Of a stretch of DNA of 64,000 bases, positions 1 to 12,690 are shown piece by piece (within the stretch, counting starts at the first letter, position 1; the number at the start of each line of letters is the position of its first letter). The notes under the pieces were generated by a model, which did not search any database, was not told the origin of the DNA, and saw only the letters and a list, made by a program, of their open reading frames with translations. The stretch covers positions 79,298,001 through 79,362,000 of the forward strand of contig OX597819.1 in NCBI GenBank assembly GCA_951406725.2, written 5' to 3'. The position numbers and the translations under genes are program-made. The stretch comes from Octopus vulgaris. Taxonomy: Eukaryota.

Positions 1-289
1 AGATGAAATTTGTTGTTATATAATTTCGATGCTGGCAAAATGTAACGAACAGCACCAATGACGCAACCATTCTGGAAACAGCTGTAAAGCTATTTTTTTT
101 CTACCAGTGAGAACTTTCATATCCCTACCGAACTATGTCATATCAGTACTCTAGGCTTCTTGCCTGCCATATCTTGGAGTCTACCTATTTATATTGTCTC
201 TACAAGGAACTTACTTATATCTACATTGCCACTACAAAGAATTTCCCTCTGCTATGTATACTCCTTTATGGATTTGTTTTATTCCAGAT

Positions 290-345
290 CAGTGGTTCTC
301 AACCGGGATCGACCTGGCCCTTAGGGCCCGTATATGATTATCCTG
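290..345. mobile_element. hAT-type MITE terminus (one end only)
   Basis: Begins CAGTGGTTCTCAACC, a typical hAT MITE terminal motif; no partner TIR found. Confidence 0.35.
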
Positions 346-855
346 TTGAAATTTATATGCAATAAATTTGATATACTTCTATAATAAACAAAATAAACTT
401 ATCAGTGAGCTAAAGTGATAGACTGCTTTCTGGCTTTGATCTAGATTAATCTGGGAGTAGTACCTGACAGGTATGTGAACCGACTGATGCACTCCGAATT
501 TAAACCGGATTAATCTAGGTCTCATTACCTGATAGATAGGTGAAATAACTAACGGTCGACGTTCTTAATCTGAACTAGACGAATACTTGATAGACAGATA
601 GACCTGATTGATAGATTGCGTTTTCAGTCTATACCAAATTGATATGACACCCATTTCTGACATGTATTTGAATTGAGTACTGTAATGTGTTCTACGATTG
701 AATGCATTCTAAATTTGAAGTAGATAGATCCAGGACTCGTGTCCGAAAGACTAATGAACTTATAGATGGACTATGTCCTGTGTTCGAACTTGATCGATGT
801 GGTAACTATTTACGACAGTTAGGTATTTCTGACTGGTAGGCTGTATCATCTACCT

Positions 856-899
<44 letters not shown>

Positions 900-1453
900 G
901 AGTGAGAGAGCAGTTCATGCCATCAAAGTGACACTGGGGTAAAATATACGAAGCCCAATATACCCATCATGACTACCCGTCTGATAAAGGTACACCAGGC
1001 ACATGCATCACAACCATATGTGCGCGACATGGTGATCTCATATCAAGATAAACAGCACATGACCTTGCAGGTGGGACCCAGTTAGAATTTTCTTCAGGTT
1101 GAGTAGCCCATCCCGCTCAAACGGTCCCTGAATAAGGGTTGTTTAAGGATGTTGAAAGAACCACCCATGTTTCCAGAGGTGAACTATTCAAACCCCAAAG
1201 AATCCCTCTCAACACATGGCTATGATGCTCCCCCACTACTTCTGCTCGTGATCAGAGATGCACATATCGTCAGCCACTAAGGGACATGCTCAACTGGTTA
1301 AGGTCAAACAACTGACAAGCAAATCTGTGGTATTGCGCAGAATATTTGCTGTAGCCCATCTTTTATACCAAGACAAAACAATGTACATGATAACACTTCC
1401 AATCAGTTAAGATCAGAAGCCATGAGAGCCACTGCCTGGTACTGCATCAGGGC

Positions 1454-1457
<4 letters not shown>
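900..1457 (-). mobile_element. ~560-bp non-coding interspersed element in (ATT)n, copy 1
   Basis: Colinear with 1901-2461 (GAGTGAGAGAGCAG...CATCAGGGCATTT); (ATT)n on both sides; strand inferred from an (AAT)n tail. Confidence 0.75.
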
Positions 1458-1522
<65 letters not shown>

Positions 1523-1548
1523 TACTACTACTACTATTATTATTATTA

Positions 1549-1609
<61 letters not shown>

Positions 1610-1620
1610 TACTATTATTT
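1458..1620. repeat. (ATT)n/(ACT)n microsatellite
   Basis: Direct reading. Confidence 0.97.
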
Positions 1621-1642
1621 AATTATTATTCCTATTATTGAA

Positions 1643-1852
1643 GGCGGCGAGCTGGCAGATTATTTAGCTCGCCAGGAAAAATGCTTATGGTATTTCGTCT
1701 GTCTGCATATTCTGAGTTCAAATTCCGCCGAGGTCGACTTTGCCTTTCATCTTTTCGGGGTCGATAAATTAAGTACCAGTGAAACAATAGGGCGATGTAA
1801 TCGACAAGTTCCCTCCCCCTAAACTTTTTCAGGCCTTGAGCCTATAACAAAA
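1643..1852 (+). mobile_element. tRNA-derived SINE, family B
   Basis: GGCGGCGAGCTGGCAGA head, B-box GAGTTCAAATTCC, core GTCGACTTTGCCTTTCATC..GGGGTCGATAAATTAAGTACCAG; many copies in the window. Confidence 0.8.
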
Positions 1853-1900
1853 ATTATTATTATTATAATTATCATTGTTGTTGTTGTTGTTGTTATTATT

Positions 1901-2461
1901 GAGTGAGAGAGCAGTGCAGCCATCAAAGTGACACTGGGGTAAAATATACGAAGCCCAGTATACCCATCATGACTACACATCTGATAAGGGTACACCAGGC
2001 ACATACATGCATCACAACCATATGTGCGCGACATGGCGATCTCATATCAAGATAAACAGCACATGACCTTGCAGGTGGGGCCAAGCTAGAATTTTCTTCT
2101 GGTCGAGTAACTCATCCCACTCAAAAGGTCCCTGTATAAGGGTTGTTTATGGATGTTGAACGAAACACCCATGTTTCCAGAGGTGAATTATTCAAACCCC
2201 AAAGAATCCCTCTCAACACATGACTATGATGTTCCACCACTACTTCTGCTCGTGATCAGAGATGCATATGACGTCAGCAACTAAGGGACACGCTCAACTG
2301 GTTAAGGTCAAACAACTGACAAGCAAATCTGTGGTATTGAGCAGAATATTTGCTGTAGCCCATCTTTTATACCAAGACAAAACAATGTACATGATAACAC
2401 TTCCAATCAGTTAAGATCAGAAGTCATGAGAGCCACTGGCTGGTACTCCATCAGGGCATTT
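1901..2461 (-). mobile_element. ~560-bp non-coding interspersed element, copy 2
   Basis: Same ends as copy 1; flanked by (GTT/ATT)n and (ATC/ATT)n. Confidence 0.75.
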
Positions 2462-2559
<98 letters not shown>

Positions 2560-2690
2560 CATTATTATTATCATCATCATCATCATTATTATTATCATTA
2601 TTATTATCATCATCATCATCATTATTATTATTATTATTATTATTATTGTTGTTATTGTTATCATCATCATCATCATCATCATCATCAATA
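2462..2690. repeat. (ATC)n/(ATT)n compound microsatellite
   Basis: Direct reading. Confidence 0.97.
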
Positions 2691-2719
2691 TCATCTAAAT
2701 ACTATTGATAAATATACGA

Positions 2720-3135
2720 TTGGCTAGCAATTTCGAGGGAGTGTGTCAGTGGATTACATCGACCACAGCACTCAACTGAAAATTATTGTATCGATCTTGA
2801 AGGGATGAAAGGCAAAGTCGACCTCAGCGGAATTTGAACTCAGAATGTAAAGAGAGGCGAAATGCCGGTAAGCATTTTGCAAGGTTTGCTAACGATTCTG
2901 CCAGCTCACCGGTTTAATTTTAATTAATGTATTGGTTTCAAATTTTAGCACATGGCCAGCAATTTCAGGAAAGAGGAAAAGTTGATTACATCGATCCCAG
3001 TGTTTCACTAGTACTTATTTTATCGACCCCGAGAAGATGAAAGGCAAAGTCGACCTTGGCGGAATTTGAGCTCAGGATGAAAATGTTGCTAAGCTTCTTG
3101 TCCGGTGTGTTAACGATTCTGCCAGCTAGCTGCCT
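2720..3135 (-). mobile_element. Two tandem SINE family B copies
   Basis: GATGAAAGGCAAAGTCGACCT..GCGGAATTTGA..CTCAG...AACGATTCTGCCAGCT occurs twice. Confidence 0.75.
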
Positions 3136-3179
3136 TAATATAAATAAATATATTAAAATATATAATTTAAAACACGAGG

Positions 3180-3484
3180 ACCCACGGTGAGAGTCCCAGC
3201 TAATATGATCAACGGAACAGCTTGCTCGTGAAATTATCCTGTAAGAGGCTGAGCAATCCATATACACGTGTACCCTTAACATAGTTCTCTAGCATATTCA
3301 GCATAACACAGAGTGCGACAAGGCTGGCTCTTTGAAATACAGGTACCACTCATTTCGTCAGCTGAGTGGGCTGGAGCAAAGTGAAGTAAAGTGTGTTGCT
3401 CAAGGACACAACGCATCGCCGGGAATTGAATTCCTGATTTTGCGATCATGAGCCGAGTGCCTTAACCACTAAGACACCCGCTTT
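3180..3484 (-). mobile_element. tRNA-derived SINE, head Y + tail 2
   Basis: Minus strand TAGTGGTTAAGG (A box), AATTCAATTCC (B-box-like), TTGTGTCCTTGAGCAA body; 3' half matches 47890-48075. Confidence 0.7.
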
Positions 3485-3740
3485 CATTTAAAATATATAT
3501 CAGAAATGAATCACACTGATTTGGTAACTTTTTCTGACAACTAGGAACGTGATTGATGCACCGTCTCTTTTCCTTTGTTCTCCCTTGATTAATTTGGTAC
3601 ATATTCCTGACATTTGTTCGAACCAGATTGATCTGGTAGTCATTTATGTCAACTAATGGAATTGAAAAGAAACGAGGTAGACTAATAGCTCCTTACCAGT
3701 GAATCAACTGCGCATCTACAGTAGATCTACACTGTATGCT

Positions 3741-3959
3741 TTTATTCTTTTGTTTGTTTCAGTCATTTGACTGCGGCCATGCTGGAGCACTGCCTTTAGT
3801 CGAGCAAATCGGCCCCAGAACTTATTCTTTGTGAGTCTAGTACTTATTCTATCAGTCTCCGAAACGCTAAGTTACGGTGACGTAAACACACCAGCATCGG
3901 TTGTCAAGCGATGTTGGGGGGGGGGGGGGGCAAACACAAACACACAAACATATAAGCAC

Positions 3960-3997
<38 letters not shown>

Positions 3998-4160
3998 GCA
4001 CACACACACACACACATATATATACGAAGGGTTTCTTTCAGATTCCGTCTACCAAACCCACTCACAAGGCTTTGGTCGGCTCGAGGCTCTAGTAGAAGAC
4101 ACTTGCCCACGATGCCACACAGTGGGACTGAACCCGGAACCATATGGTTGGTAAGCAAGC
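3741..4160 (-). mobile_element. tRNA-derived SINE family A with internal microsatellite
   Basis: GGTTCCGGGTTCAGTCCCACTG head, GGGCAAGTGTCTTCTAC core, (TG)n middle, tail CTCCAGCATGGCCGCAGTCAAATGACTGAAAC. Confidence 0.85.
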
Positions 4161-4529
4161 TTCTGTGTTTAAACTAATATCAGCTGAACCAAAATGGTCA
4201 CACTACGATTATAACAGCATGAATTGAAGTGGATTTGACCAAAATAAAAATTATTTGGAAAATAAAACGACAAAACTAATCAACATAAAAAGAAAGCAAA
4301 AATAATTCAGTTTTGGCTTCAGTCCACGAATTTTGGTTGAAGTGTGTAGAAGAAGCTGCCATCGAATAGTTCTAATTGCAACAAAACAGGTTATTTTCAG
4401 GCGAAAAGCACCAGATGGTATTTGCAAAATTTTACCGCTAAAATTAAATTTTGTCGTTGTCGCTAGTTTTAGATGGCGAGGTAGCGGCTATTGTAAGTGG
4501 AAATTGAATAAACACTGTCAGATGTGTAA

Positions 4530-4639
4530 AATGCACACACGCACAAACATACTTAAGCACACACACACACAAACACACATACACACACACACACACACTT
4601 CACGCACATACACACATACTCACTACACATACATTCATA

Positions 4640-4690
<51 letters not shown>

Positions 4691-4891
4691 CATACATACA
4701 TACATATATATCTGCATATGTATGTATATATATATATATATATACACACACACGTACATATGTATATATAGTATATATGTATACGCAGACAAATGTAAAT
4801 ATATACCGTACATTTACGTATATATATATAACCTTATAAATGTCTATATATCATCTATTTAACTATATACATGTATGCATATATATGTATA

Positions 4892-4929
<38 letters not shown>

Positions 4930-5006
4930 TACATGTATGCATAGATATATGTGTATATATGTATACATATATATATGAATATATATACATATATAATTAT
5001 ATATGC

Positions 5007-5085
<79 letters not shown>

Positions 5086-5200
5086 TAGATAGATAGAGTG
5101 ACAGATAAATCGGTAGATAGATGTGCACATACATGGATACACATATAGAAGCGCGCGTACACAACACACACATACACATATATTCTTGTGTGTGTGTATG
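4530..5200. repeat. (CA)n/(TA)n microsatellite complex
   Basis: Direct reading. Confidence 0.95.
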
Positions 5201-5502
5201 CTAGTATAGACAATAATAAATCTCCAGTAATGATAAAACCGACATGTCTACATGTTATTATTTTATCTATTTATCTATTGATCTATTTCTAGATTTTTAT
5301 GAGTGTAATTATCAGTAATATGCTTACGTGTGTGTTTATGAATATCCACATACGTGCGTACATATATTCATATGTAGATTTATGGGCATGTATATAGACT
5401 GAAAAATACATACACCACATACACACACACACATATATATAAGTTCATATGCAAATGTGTGCACGTATACATGTATGTATGTATGTATGTAACTTAATGC
5501 CA

Positions 5503-5581
5503 GGTCACTTGTGAACGCTACTGGTAACATGTGATCCAGTACAACCTGTTGCATGATCGGCTTGTCGGCGACTAAACTGGG
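5503..5581 (+). ncRNA. HDV-like self-cleaving ribozyme fold at a retroelement 5' end (slightly decayed)
   Basis: P1 GGTCA/TGATC, P2 TCCAGT/ACTGGG, P3 (A)CA/TG(C), L3 ACCTGT with CC facing GG 5559-5560, short P4, J4/2 CTAA. Confidence 0.6.
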
Positions 5582-5704
5582 CTACTCCACTAGGCTTGCT
5601 TAGTGAGAGAGTGATTGGACACCCTGCAGGCAGGACGACAGATGAAATCACTGAAGTCAACGGCCATTCAGTACTGTGTACTTAAGCTCGGTCCTGGCAT
5701 TTCT

Positions 5705-6340
5705 CATAGGTAGTGGTTGTGCAAAGGGTTGATGCGTTTTGAGCAATGGGCAGCCACAACAGGTTCGGTCAGCAGTGAACTATGAGCATGAGAACGTAGG
5801 CGAGGATCATTATCACTTTCCTCTAATCTTTTAAGGTTCGTGTAAAGAGATGCCATGTCTCCTCTGCAGACACTTTTGAAACGAAATGTGGCCGACCCTA
5901 TGTTCTTTTGATGGAGGCACATGACCAGGCCAGAGGAGGCGTCGTTGTAATAGCCCGAGGAGTTTTGGGATTTGCCAAAAATTGCAGGACTTCATTGCTA
6001 GTGACTTGATGTTCAGAATCTGTCTCAGGTTGCGTAGGTAGACGTCGTTGAAATCCCGCTCTTGTCTGGAGTGGATGCTCCAGGTTTCGCTGCTATGAAA
6101 CGGTGTGCTGAGAACCTAAGTTCCGTAGCCTGCAACCTCGGCGTGAGCCGTTAGCTTATTTTCTCCAAGTCTAGTGTTGAGGCTACTCTTTCAACACGCC
6201 TGTTGGTCTCAGACGTGAGAGGGAAGATGTCCGTGATGACAGAACCGAGTTATGTGGACTCATAGACTATCTCTAGCCGGCAATTGTTGACAGCAATGGT
6301 AGGTGAGTACTCGGCGTGCTTTACTATAACACTAAAGAAG
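5705..6340 (-). mobile_element. RTE-clade LINE, decayed RT C-terminal fragment
   Basis: Frameshifted peptides VLSTPFHSSETWSIHSRQER, YLRNLRQILNIK, LLWPGHV, FRFKSVCRGDMASL resemble the RTE RT thumb/C-terminus. Confidence 0.75.
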
Positions 6341-7864
6341 ATGCCAAATAGGAAGTGCGCAAACACACAACCCTGATTCAACCCACTGGAAATATCGAAG
6401 GATTCCAATCAAGAGTAATCAAACTGAATGATGCCTTTCATCCTTGTGTCTGTGTGGAATTAGTGAGTAACCGTAAAAAGGCATTATTGGTTTCTTTCGA
6501 TGTTATTAATCTTTACACCAACATTCCACATGACTATGGAATAAAAGCAATCAAATTCTAGTTGGAATGTACCCCGAGGTACTCCCGGAACGCAAAAATC
6601 AGATCTTTATAATTGAACCTTTAAAATTTATACTCCAGAACAATTATTTCCTATTTGATGACACCTACTATCGTCAAAATGTGGAATTGCGATGGGAAAG
6701 AAAGCAGCCCCTGTTCTTGTGAGCCTGATAATGGATTATTTTGAATTCACCATACATGAAGTGTCACTTACAAAAATATGGTTATCCATTTCACCATTAC
6801 ACGTGAGAAAGCTGGAAAAGATACCTGGATGACTGTTTTATCATTTGGAAGGAGACCATTGACAAACTTTTGGATTTCAAATCATCACTAAATGATATAA
6901 ATAGTAACATTCAATTCACAATGGAACATAGCAAAGAACAGCTCCTATTTCTGGATATTATGATAAAAAAGGAAGTCAACAACCAAATTATAACTGATAT
7001 CTATCATAATCCCACGGACTCGAAACAATATCTCCTCCTTAGCTCATGCCACCCAAAACTCATCCAAATAAATATCCCTTTAATTTGGCAAAAAGGATTT
7101 GCACAATAGTGTCTGATAGAACTATTTGGGACCTTCGTCTCCAGGACCTCAAAACAACACTAACTGAAAGACAATATCCACCCTTACTTATAGACGAAGG
7201 AATTAAGCCTGCCAAGAAATTAGACATAAAAACACTCAGGACAACAAAACATAACACCACACCTCATCTGAAAACACTGCTGTATATATATCAACTCACA
7301 ACCCTAGAAACAATGAGGCATACAACACTATCGTGAAAAGTCTCCCTTTACTAACCAGAGACCCCAAAATGAACAACATCAAATGAAAAAGCAATACAAA
7401 TCGCTGAAGAGACTTCTAACAAATGCGAAGCTTACACGACAACCACAAAACCAACGTTTAAAACATGTGAACGCCCAAACTGTGGAACATGCCCCAACCT
7501 ACTTGAAGGCTCGGATTTCTTTTTTCAAACAAGAAGAGAGGTTTACAATGAAAACCAACTTCACCTGTGCCCCTGAGAACCTAATTTATGTAATAATCTG
7601 TTCGGGTTGTGGACATCACTATATAGAACAGACAAGTATGACATTGAGACGGAGAACCACTCTACATAAAGAGCAGATCCGGTTCCCGCAATACAGATAA
7701 ATTCCTTTAAGTGAACACATAGAGAAATGTCCAGGCAACATCAAACCAAATTTCACAGTTTTCTCCTTCTACAAGTGTAAAGATACAACTTCTTTAAAAG
7801 AACGTTTAAATAAAGAAATTTTTTTCATCGAAAAATACAGAACACGTCTAAATATGCACGCATA
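6340..7864 (+). mobile_element. Penelope-like element, RT + GIY-YIG endonuclease pseudogene
   Basis: LVSFDVINLYTNIP, GIAMG, YLDDCFII, IQFTMEHSKEQLLFLDI, SCHPK, CxxPNCGTC, NLIYVIICSGCGHHYIEQTS; stops and frameshifts. Confidence 0.9.
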
Positions 7865-8865
7865 ACCAAATTTGATCTCTTTAAAGGAAAGAAAGTTTGT
7901 TTTACGTTTCGAAGACTGGGGAAAAGTCGCCAACAATCCAATTACATTTTGAAAATGTATATATATATTTTTTTTTCTAGTTTCAGCTCAGAGCTGCGCC
8001 CATGCTGATGCACCGCCGTTTATATATATATGTTTACGCAGGTACAAACCTATATATACACACACACGCAAACAATATCCTATACAGCGAAATGATCCTC
8101 GTGAAGATATGTTGCCTCCACATCTGGGGTGATGTTTGTCACACAAATTGATATCTTAGTCACATCCAGAGAAAAAGTCACTCGAATACTGACTTAAAAA
8201 CCATTCTCAGATTTGTTCCAGTCATTAGCACACACATGTGCTGTATCACCCCCAGGTGTTTCCTTCTTTTACTCTAATTATGTCCACTGTTCCTCGGAGC
8301 TAGCTGATTGCGAGTTACTTCGCCTCAGATGCTCTCAACCCGCTCGTTTCTCTTCCTTTCTGCCTCGATGATTTTGCATACAACTGCACGGACTCTGCAC
8401 TATCCATTACTTTCTGTACTCTCACCCAAGAACATCGGTCATCTCGAGAATCTCCTTCCCGCCGATGTCAACTTGCAAGTTTAAGCGGAATATTAATGGT
8501 AATAGTCTCACTAGCATCGGAAAACTTGCGAAACCACATATGCATATGCTTCTACCTTTATATTCGGCAACCTACCTACCTACCTACCTACCTACCTACC
8601 TACCTACCTACCTACCTACCTACCTACCTACATACCTACATAAATACATAGACACGCTAATATATCCATATAAGCATAAATTTTTATGTATATAAATTTA
8701 TTTCTAATAGTATATGAGAATTATCTATTAAGTAAATATTTGTATCTTTCATATTACCACACATGCATATACTTATGCATGTGTACATGCAATCATGCGA
8801 ATATACATTTGCATCAACAACATCAACCGACACATAAATACATAGTCATGCATACACACGTGTTC

Positions 8866-8928
<63 letters not shown>

Positions 8929-9846
8929 GTATACGCACGCACATACGCATACACACACACAAACACACACACATACACAAATATATATAGATACCTCATG
9001 TATGCATATATGGAAATACGTGCCTTATATGCACACGCACATACACACAGAGACGCACTGGCTCACACACAACGCAACGCTCACACATATGTCAGCGAGG
9101 ACGCTTACACACCATGCACGCACATTTCTTCCTCTCGGCTGCTTCATAAACTTAAATCTGCCGCTGCCGCCATGAAATAAAACTCATTTATATGAACATT
9201 AGTCGATATATTAATTTTCACAAATAATTACTTTTGATATCTTAACCAATTCGAAAAGTCTTTAATCCAGAGTTAACAATAACTCAGCAATCGACTTAAG
9301 CTCACCTCAGTCACTGAACCAAACGTGAGCCTAGACTACGATACCAAGTTAACTGCAAGGGCCATAACTGTTCCTAAACATGAATGTGGAAGAGAAAGTG
9401 AGCTTTACATTAGCATTAATGTCATGCCTTTTAGTTATATTGTTGACATCCTCGAAGAAGTGGGCCGGAAAAACTTAACAGAACTTACGAATCATATTAT
9501 GAGAACTCTCCACTGCGCTTTCAATTGCGATATAACGGAATCATATCACGTGCTAACGTGCGTTGCTATTATTGTCGTTGTTTTTACTGTACCGTTGCTG
9601 TAGCTCTTAGCTGTTGTTGTGTAGCTCCCATGTCAGTCCCGGTTGTGCAAGCCGATAACCTCCTTCCCCTTTGATGCCCCCCCCTCAACTTCGCCTTTCC
9701 TCTTTTCGGTATTGAGAAAGTAAATACCCGTCGATCACAGGGGTCGATGTAATCGACTCACCCCGTTCCCTGAAATATTTGGCCTTGCGCCAAAATTTGA
9801 AATCATTATAATTACTTTTACTAGAGGCATATTAGCATAGGCTGTA

Positions 9847-10080
9847 GGCGCGTGTCCTAGTAGTTAGACTGTTGCACTCACGATCGCTAGATCGTGGGTT
9901 CGATTGCCTGAGTAGACGGTGTATTGTGTTCTTGTGCAAACCACTTGTTCTAGTTCCCGCTTTCCATCAGGGGGGATCGCTTACCCAGCGGGGTGGCGTC
10001 ATTTGAAGGCTAAAACAATGCAAGTGTGCATTGTGACCAGCAATGTGTGACAACATCTAATCCCTATAAGTCACGTGATC
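9847..10080 (+). mobile_element. tRNA-derived SINE, head Y + tail 1
   Basis: CCTAGTAGTTAG A box, GGTTCGATT B box, TTGTGTTCTTGTGCAA body; tail GGTGGCGTCATTTGAAGGCTAAAACAATGC...GTCACGTGATC shared with 14864-15157. Confidence 0.7.
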
Positions 10081-10228
10081 CTTAAATTTTAGGGGAAGGG
10101 ATTAGTGAACCCCAGCACTGTATTGTTACTTATTTTAATCTATAGAACCCGAAAGGCTATAAAGCAAAGTCGACCTCGGCAGCAGTTCAAACTTGGCGAC
10201 AGTATAACAGAGCTATAGTTATATTCTT

Positions 10229-10369
10229 ATATTCTTTTACTTGTTCCAGTGATTTAACTGCGCCCATGCTGGAACACCGCTTTGAAGGGTTTTAAACGAA
10301 CAAATCAACCCCAGGACTTACTTTTTAAGCCCAGCACTTATTCTATCGGTGTATTTTGCGTAACCGCAA
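10229..10369 (-). mobile_element. SINE family A, 3' half
   Basis: Matches the family A tail. Confidence 0.7.
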
Positions 10370-10418
10370 ACATATAAAATAGAATACACATAAGAACACA
10401 CACACACGTAAAATATAC

Positions 10419-10449
<31 letters not shown>

Positions 10450-10464
10450 CATACATACATAAAT

Positions 10465-10803
10465 AGGAGTGGCTGTGTGGTAAGAAGCTTGCTTTCCAAC
10501 TTCATGGTCCCGGGTTCAGTCCCACTGCGTGGCACCATAAGCAAGTGTCTTCTTTTATAGCCTCGAGCCGACCAAAGCTTTGTGAGTGGATTTGGTTGAC
10601 GGAAACTGAAAGAAGCTCGTCGTATATATATGTGTGTCTTTGTTTGTCCCCACCACCATCGCTTGACCACTGATGTTGGCGTGTTTACGTCTCCGTATTT
10701 TAGCGGTTCGGTTAAAGAGACCGATAGAATAAGTACTAGGCTTACGAAGAATAAATCCTAGGGTCGATTTGTTCGACTAAATGACTGAAACAAGTAAAAG
10801 AAT
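10465..10803 (+). mobile_element. SINE family A, near full length
   Basis: GGAGTGGCTGTGTGGTAAG head to GACTGAAACAAGTAAAAG tail. Confidence 0.85.
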
Positions 10804-10806
10804 ATG

Positions 10807-10974
<168 letters not shown>

Positions 10975-11021
10975 TATATACATATATATATATACACACA
11001 CACATATATATATATATATAT

Positions 11022-11731
11022 AAACAATTGTCCCAAAATAATCTGTATTTTTGTTATTTTTTATTTGCCCTGTTCGTGTGAGCTAACAATCGTACTGACT
11101 TTCATGGGAAACATGTATTTTTGTGGTTGAAACCTATTGGATCTATTACTAGTGCTAGAGTGAGCCACATAGTGACCACTCTCTTATATTTATTTTTGTA
11201 TAAAATATTATAATATGTTATAAAATATTATAATAATCCAGGTTTCTCGGGGCACTGGGCCACTTGGTGTTGAATAGGTATACTATTAAATTAGTATCTA
11301 ATTCTCTCACCCTTATTAATTAATTATAATTATGCTGCATTTATTTCTAAATGTAGTATCTGTTTCCGTGAAAGTTTGGCGCGCTGTTGGTAGGGGCATT
11401 TGAATTATAACGTCGGATGTAATCAATTGAACCACACGTGTATTTATCGTTATGGTAAAATCTGGCGTGTAATTGAGTGGATTTCATCCAGATAGTTTTG
11501 GCTGAGGAGCTACAAGTGAGTTATTGTGAGTAAAATTACATTTAATTCATTAATAGCGAAACAATTGTCCCAAAATAATCTGTATTTTTGTTATTTTTTA
11601 TTTGCCCTGTTCGTGTGAGCTAACAATCGTACTGACTTTCATGGGAAACATGTATTTTTTTGGTTGAAACCTATTGGATCTATTACTAGTGCTAGAGTGA
11701 GCCACATAGTGACCACTCTCTTATATTTATT
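11022..11731 (+). mobile_element. Non-autonomous hammerhead retroelement (retrozyme/Penelope-derived) with 173-bp terminal direct repeats
   Basis: 11022-11194 equals 11559-11731 except for one substitution (period 537); flanked by (TA)n; contains an intact hammerhead; no ORF. Confidence 0.75.
11496..11575 (+). ncRNA. Type I hammerhead ribozyme (intact core)
   Basis: Stem I TTTTGG/CCAAAA; CTGAGGA 11502-11508; stem II GCTA/TAGC with extension; GAAA 11558-11561; stem III palindrome ACAATTGT; predicted cleavage after GTC at 11569. Confidence 0.85.
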
Positions 11732-11733
11732 AT

Positions 11734-11778
<45 letters not shown>

Positions 11779-11780
<2 letters not shown>

Positions 11781-11935
11781 GACGGTCTTCTTTCATTTCC
11801 CGTCTACTAAATCCACTCACTAGGATTTGGTCGGCCCGTGGCTATAGAAGAAGATACTTGTCCACGTAGTGGGACTGAACCTGAAACCATGTGGCTAGGA
11901 TGCAAGCTTCTTACTATGCGGCCACAAATGCGGCT
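11779..11935 (-). mobile_element. SINE family A, 5' half
   Basis: Matches the family A head/core. Confidence 0.7.
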
Positions 11936-12238
11936 ATGTGGATTTCATTTATTTATTATTGTTTGTATGTGTATGTGTGTGTGTGCGGTTATCTATTGTT
12001 TTCATTTTGACCCTATGGAGTAGATTTACGACCAAAAGCGTTCCATCTATGACCATATCGTCTTTTATTCAGACAGCTTTATAGCTAGATCGACATTTTC
12101 CCCTTATTTTTCTAGTACGATCCAGGGGAGATTTACTTACTAGTTCTAGCAGGTCAAATGATCTCGTATAGGCTTCCTCATTAGATCCTATTTAACTGGT
12201 TAGGTCTGTATGTGTGCGTGCATACATACGGTGTGTGT

Positions 12239-12242
<4 letters not shown>

Positions 12243-12310
<68 letters not shown>

Positions 12311-12458
12311 ATAGAAGAGTGTGAATGTGTGTATTTATGCATGTGATCCTATATGCATACATGTATGTGTTTGATTCTTTCGTTTCTTGTACGTAAGTAT
12401 ACACAAGTGAAAACAAATGTATGAATGAATATAGATATGCGTATATGAGTGTGTGTGT

Positions 12459-12499
<41 letters not shown>

Positions 12500-12559
12500 C
12501 GTGCGTGCGTGTATGTGGGCGTGCTTGCGTGCCTCTGAATATGTATATATGTGGTGTGC

Positions 12560-12640
<81 letters not shown>

Positions 12641-12657
12641 CCTACCTACCTACCTAC

Positions 12658-12690
<33 letters not shown>

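Noticed and set aside
1430-1455. Resemblance of CCTGGTACTGCA to U2 snRNA 3' stem-loop
   Set aside because: Only about 12 nt; no other U2 features
9160-9180. Perfect Kozak GCCGCCATG
   Set aside because: Followed by AAA TAA (two codons); no supporting exon structure
11022-11731. LTR retrotransposon/TRIM interpretation of the direct repeats
   Set aside because: No TG...CA ends, PBS or PPT; the repeat starts inside a hammerhead
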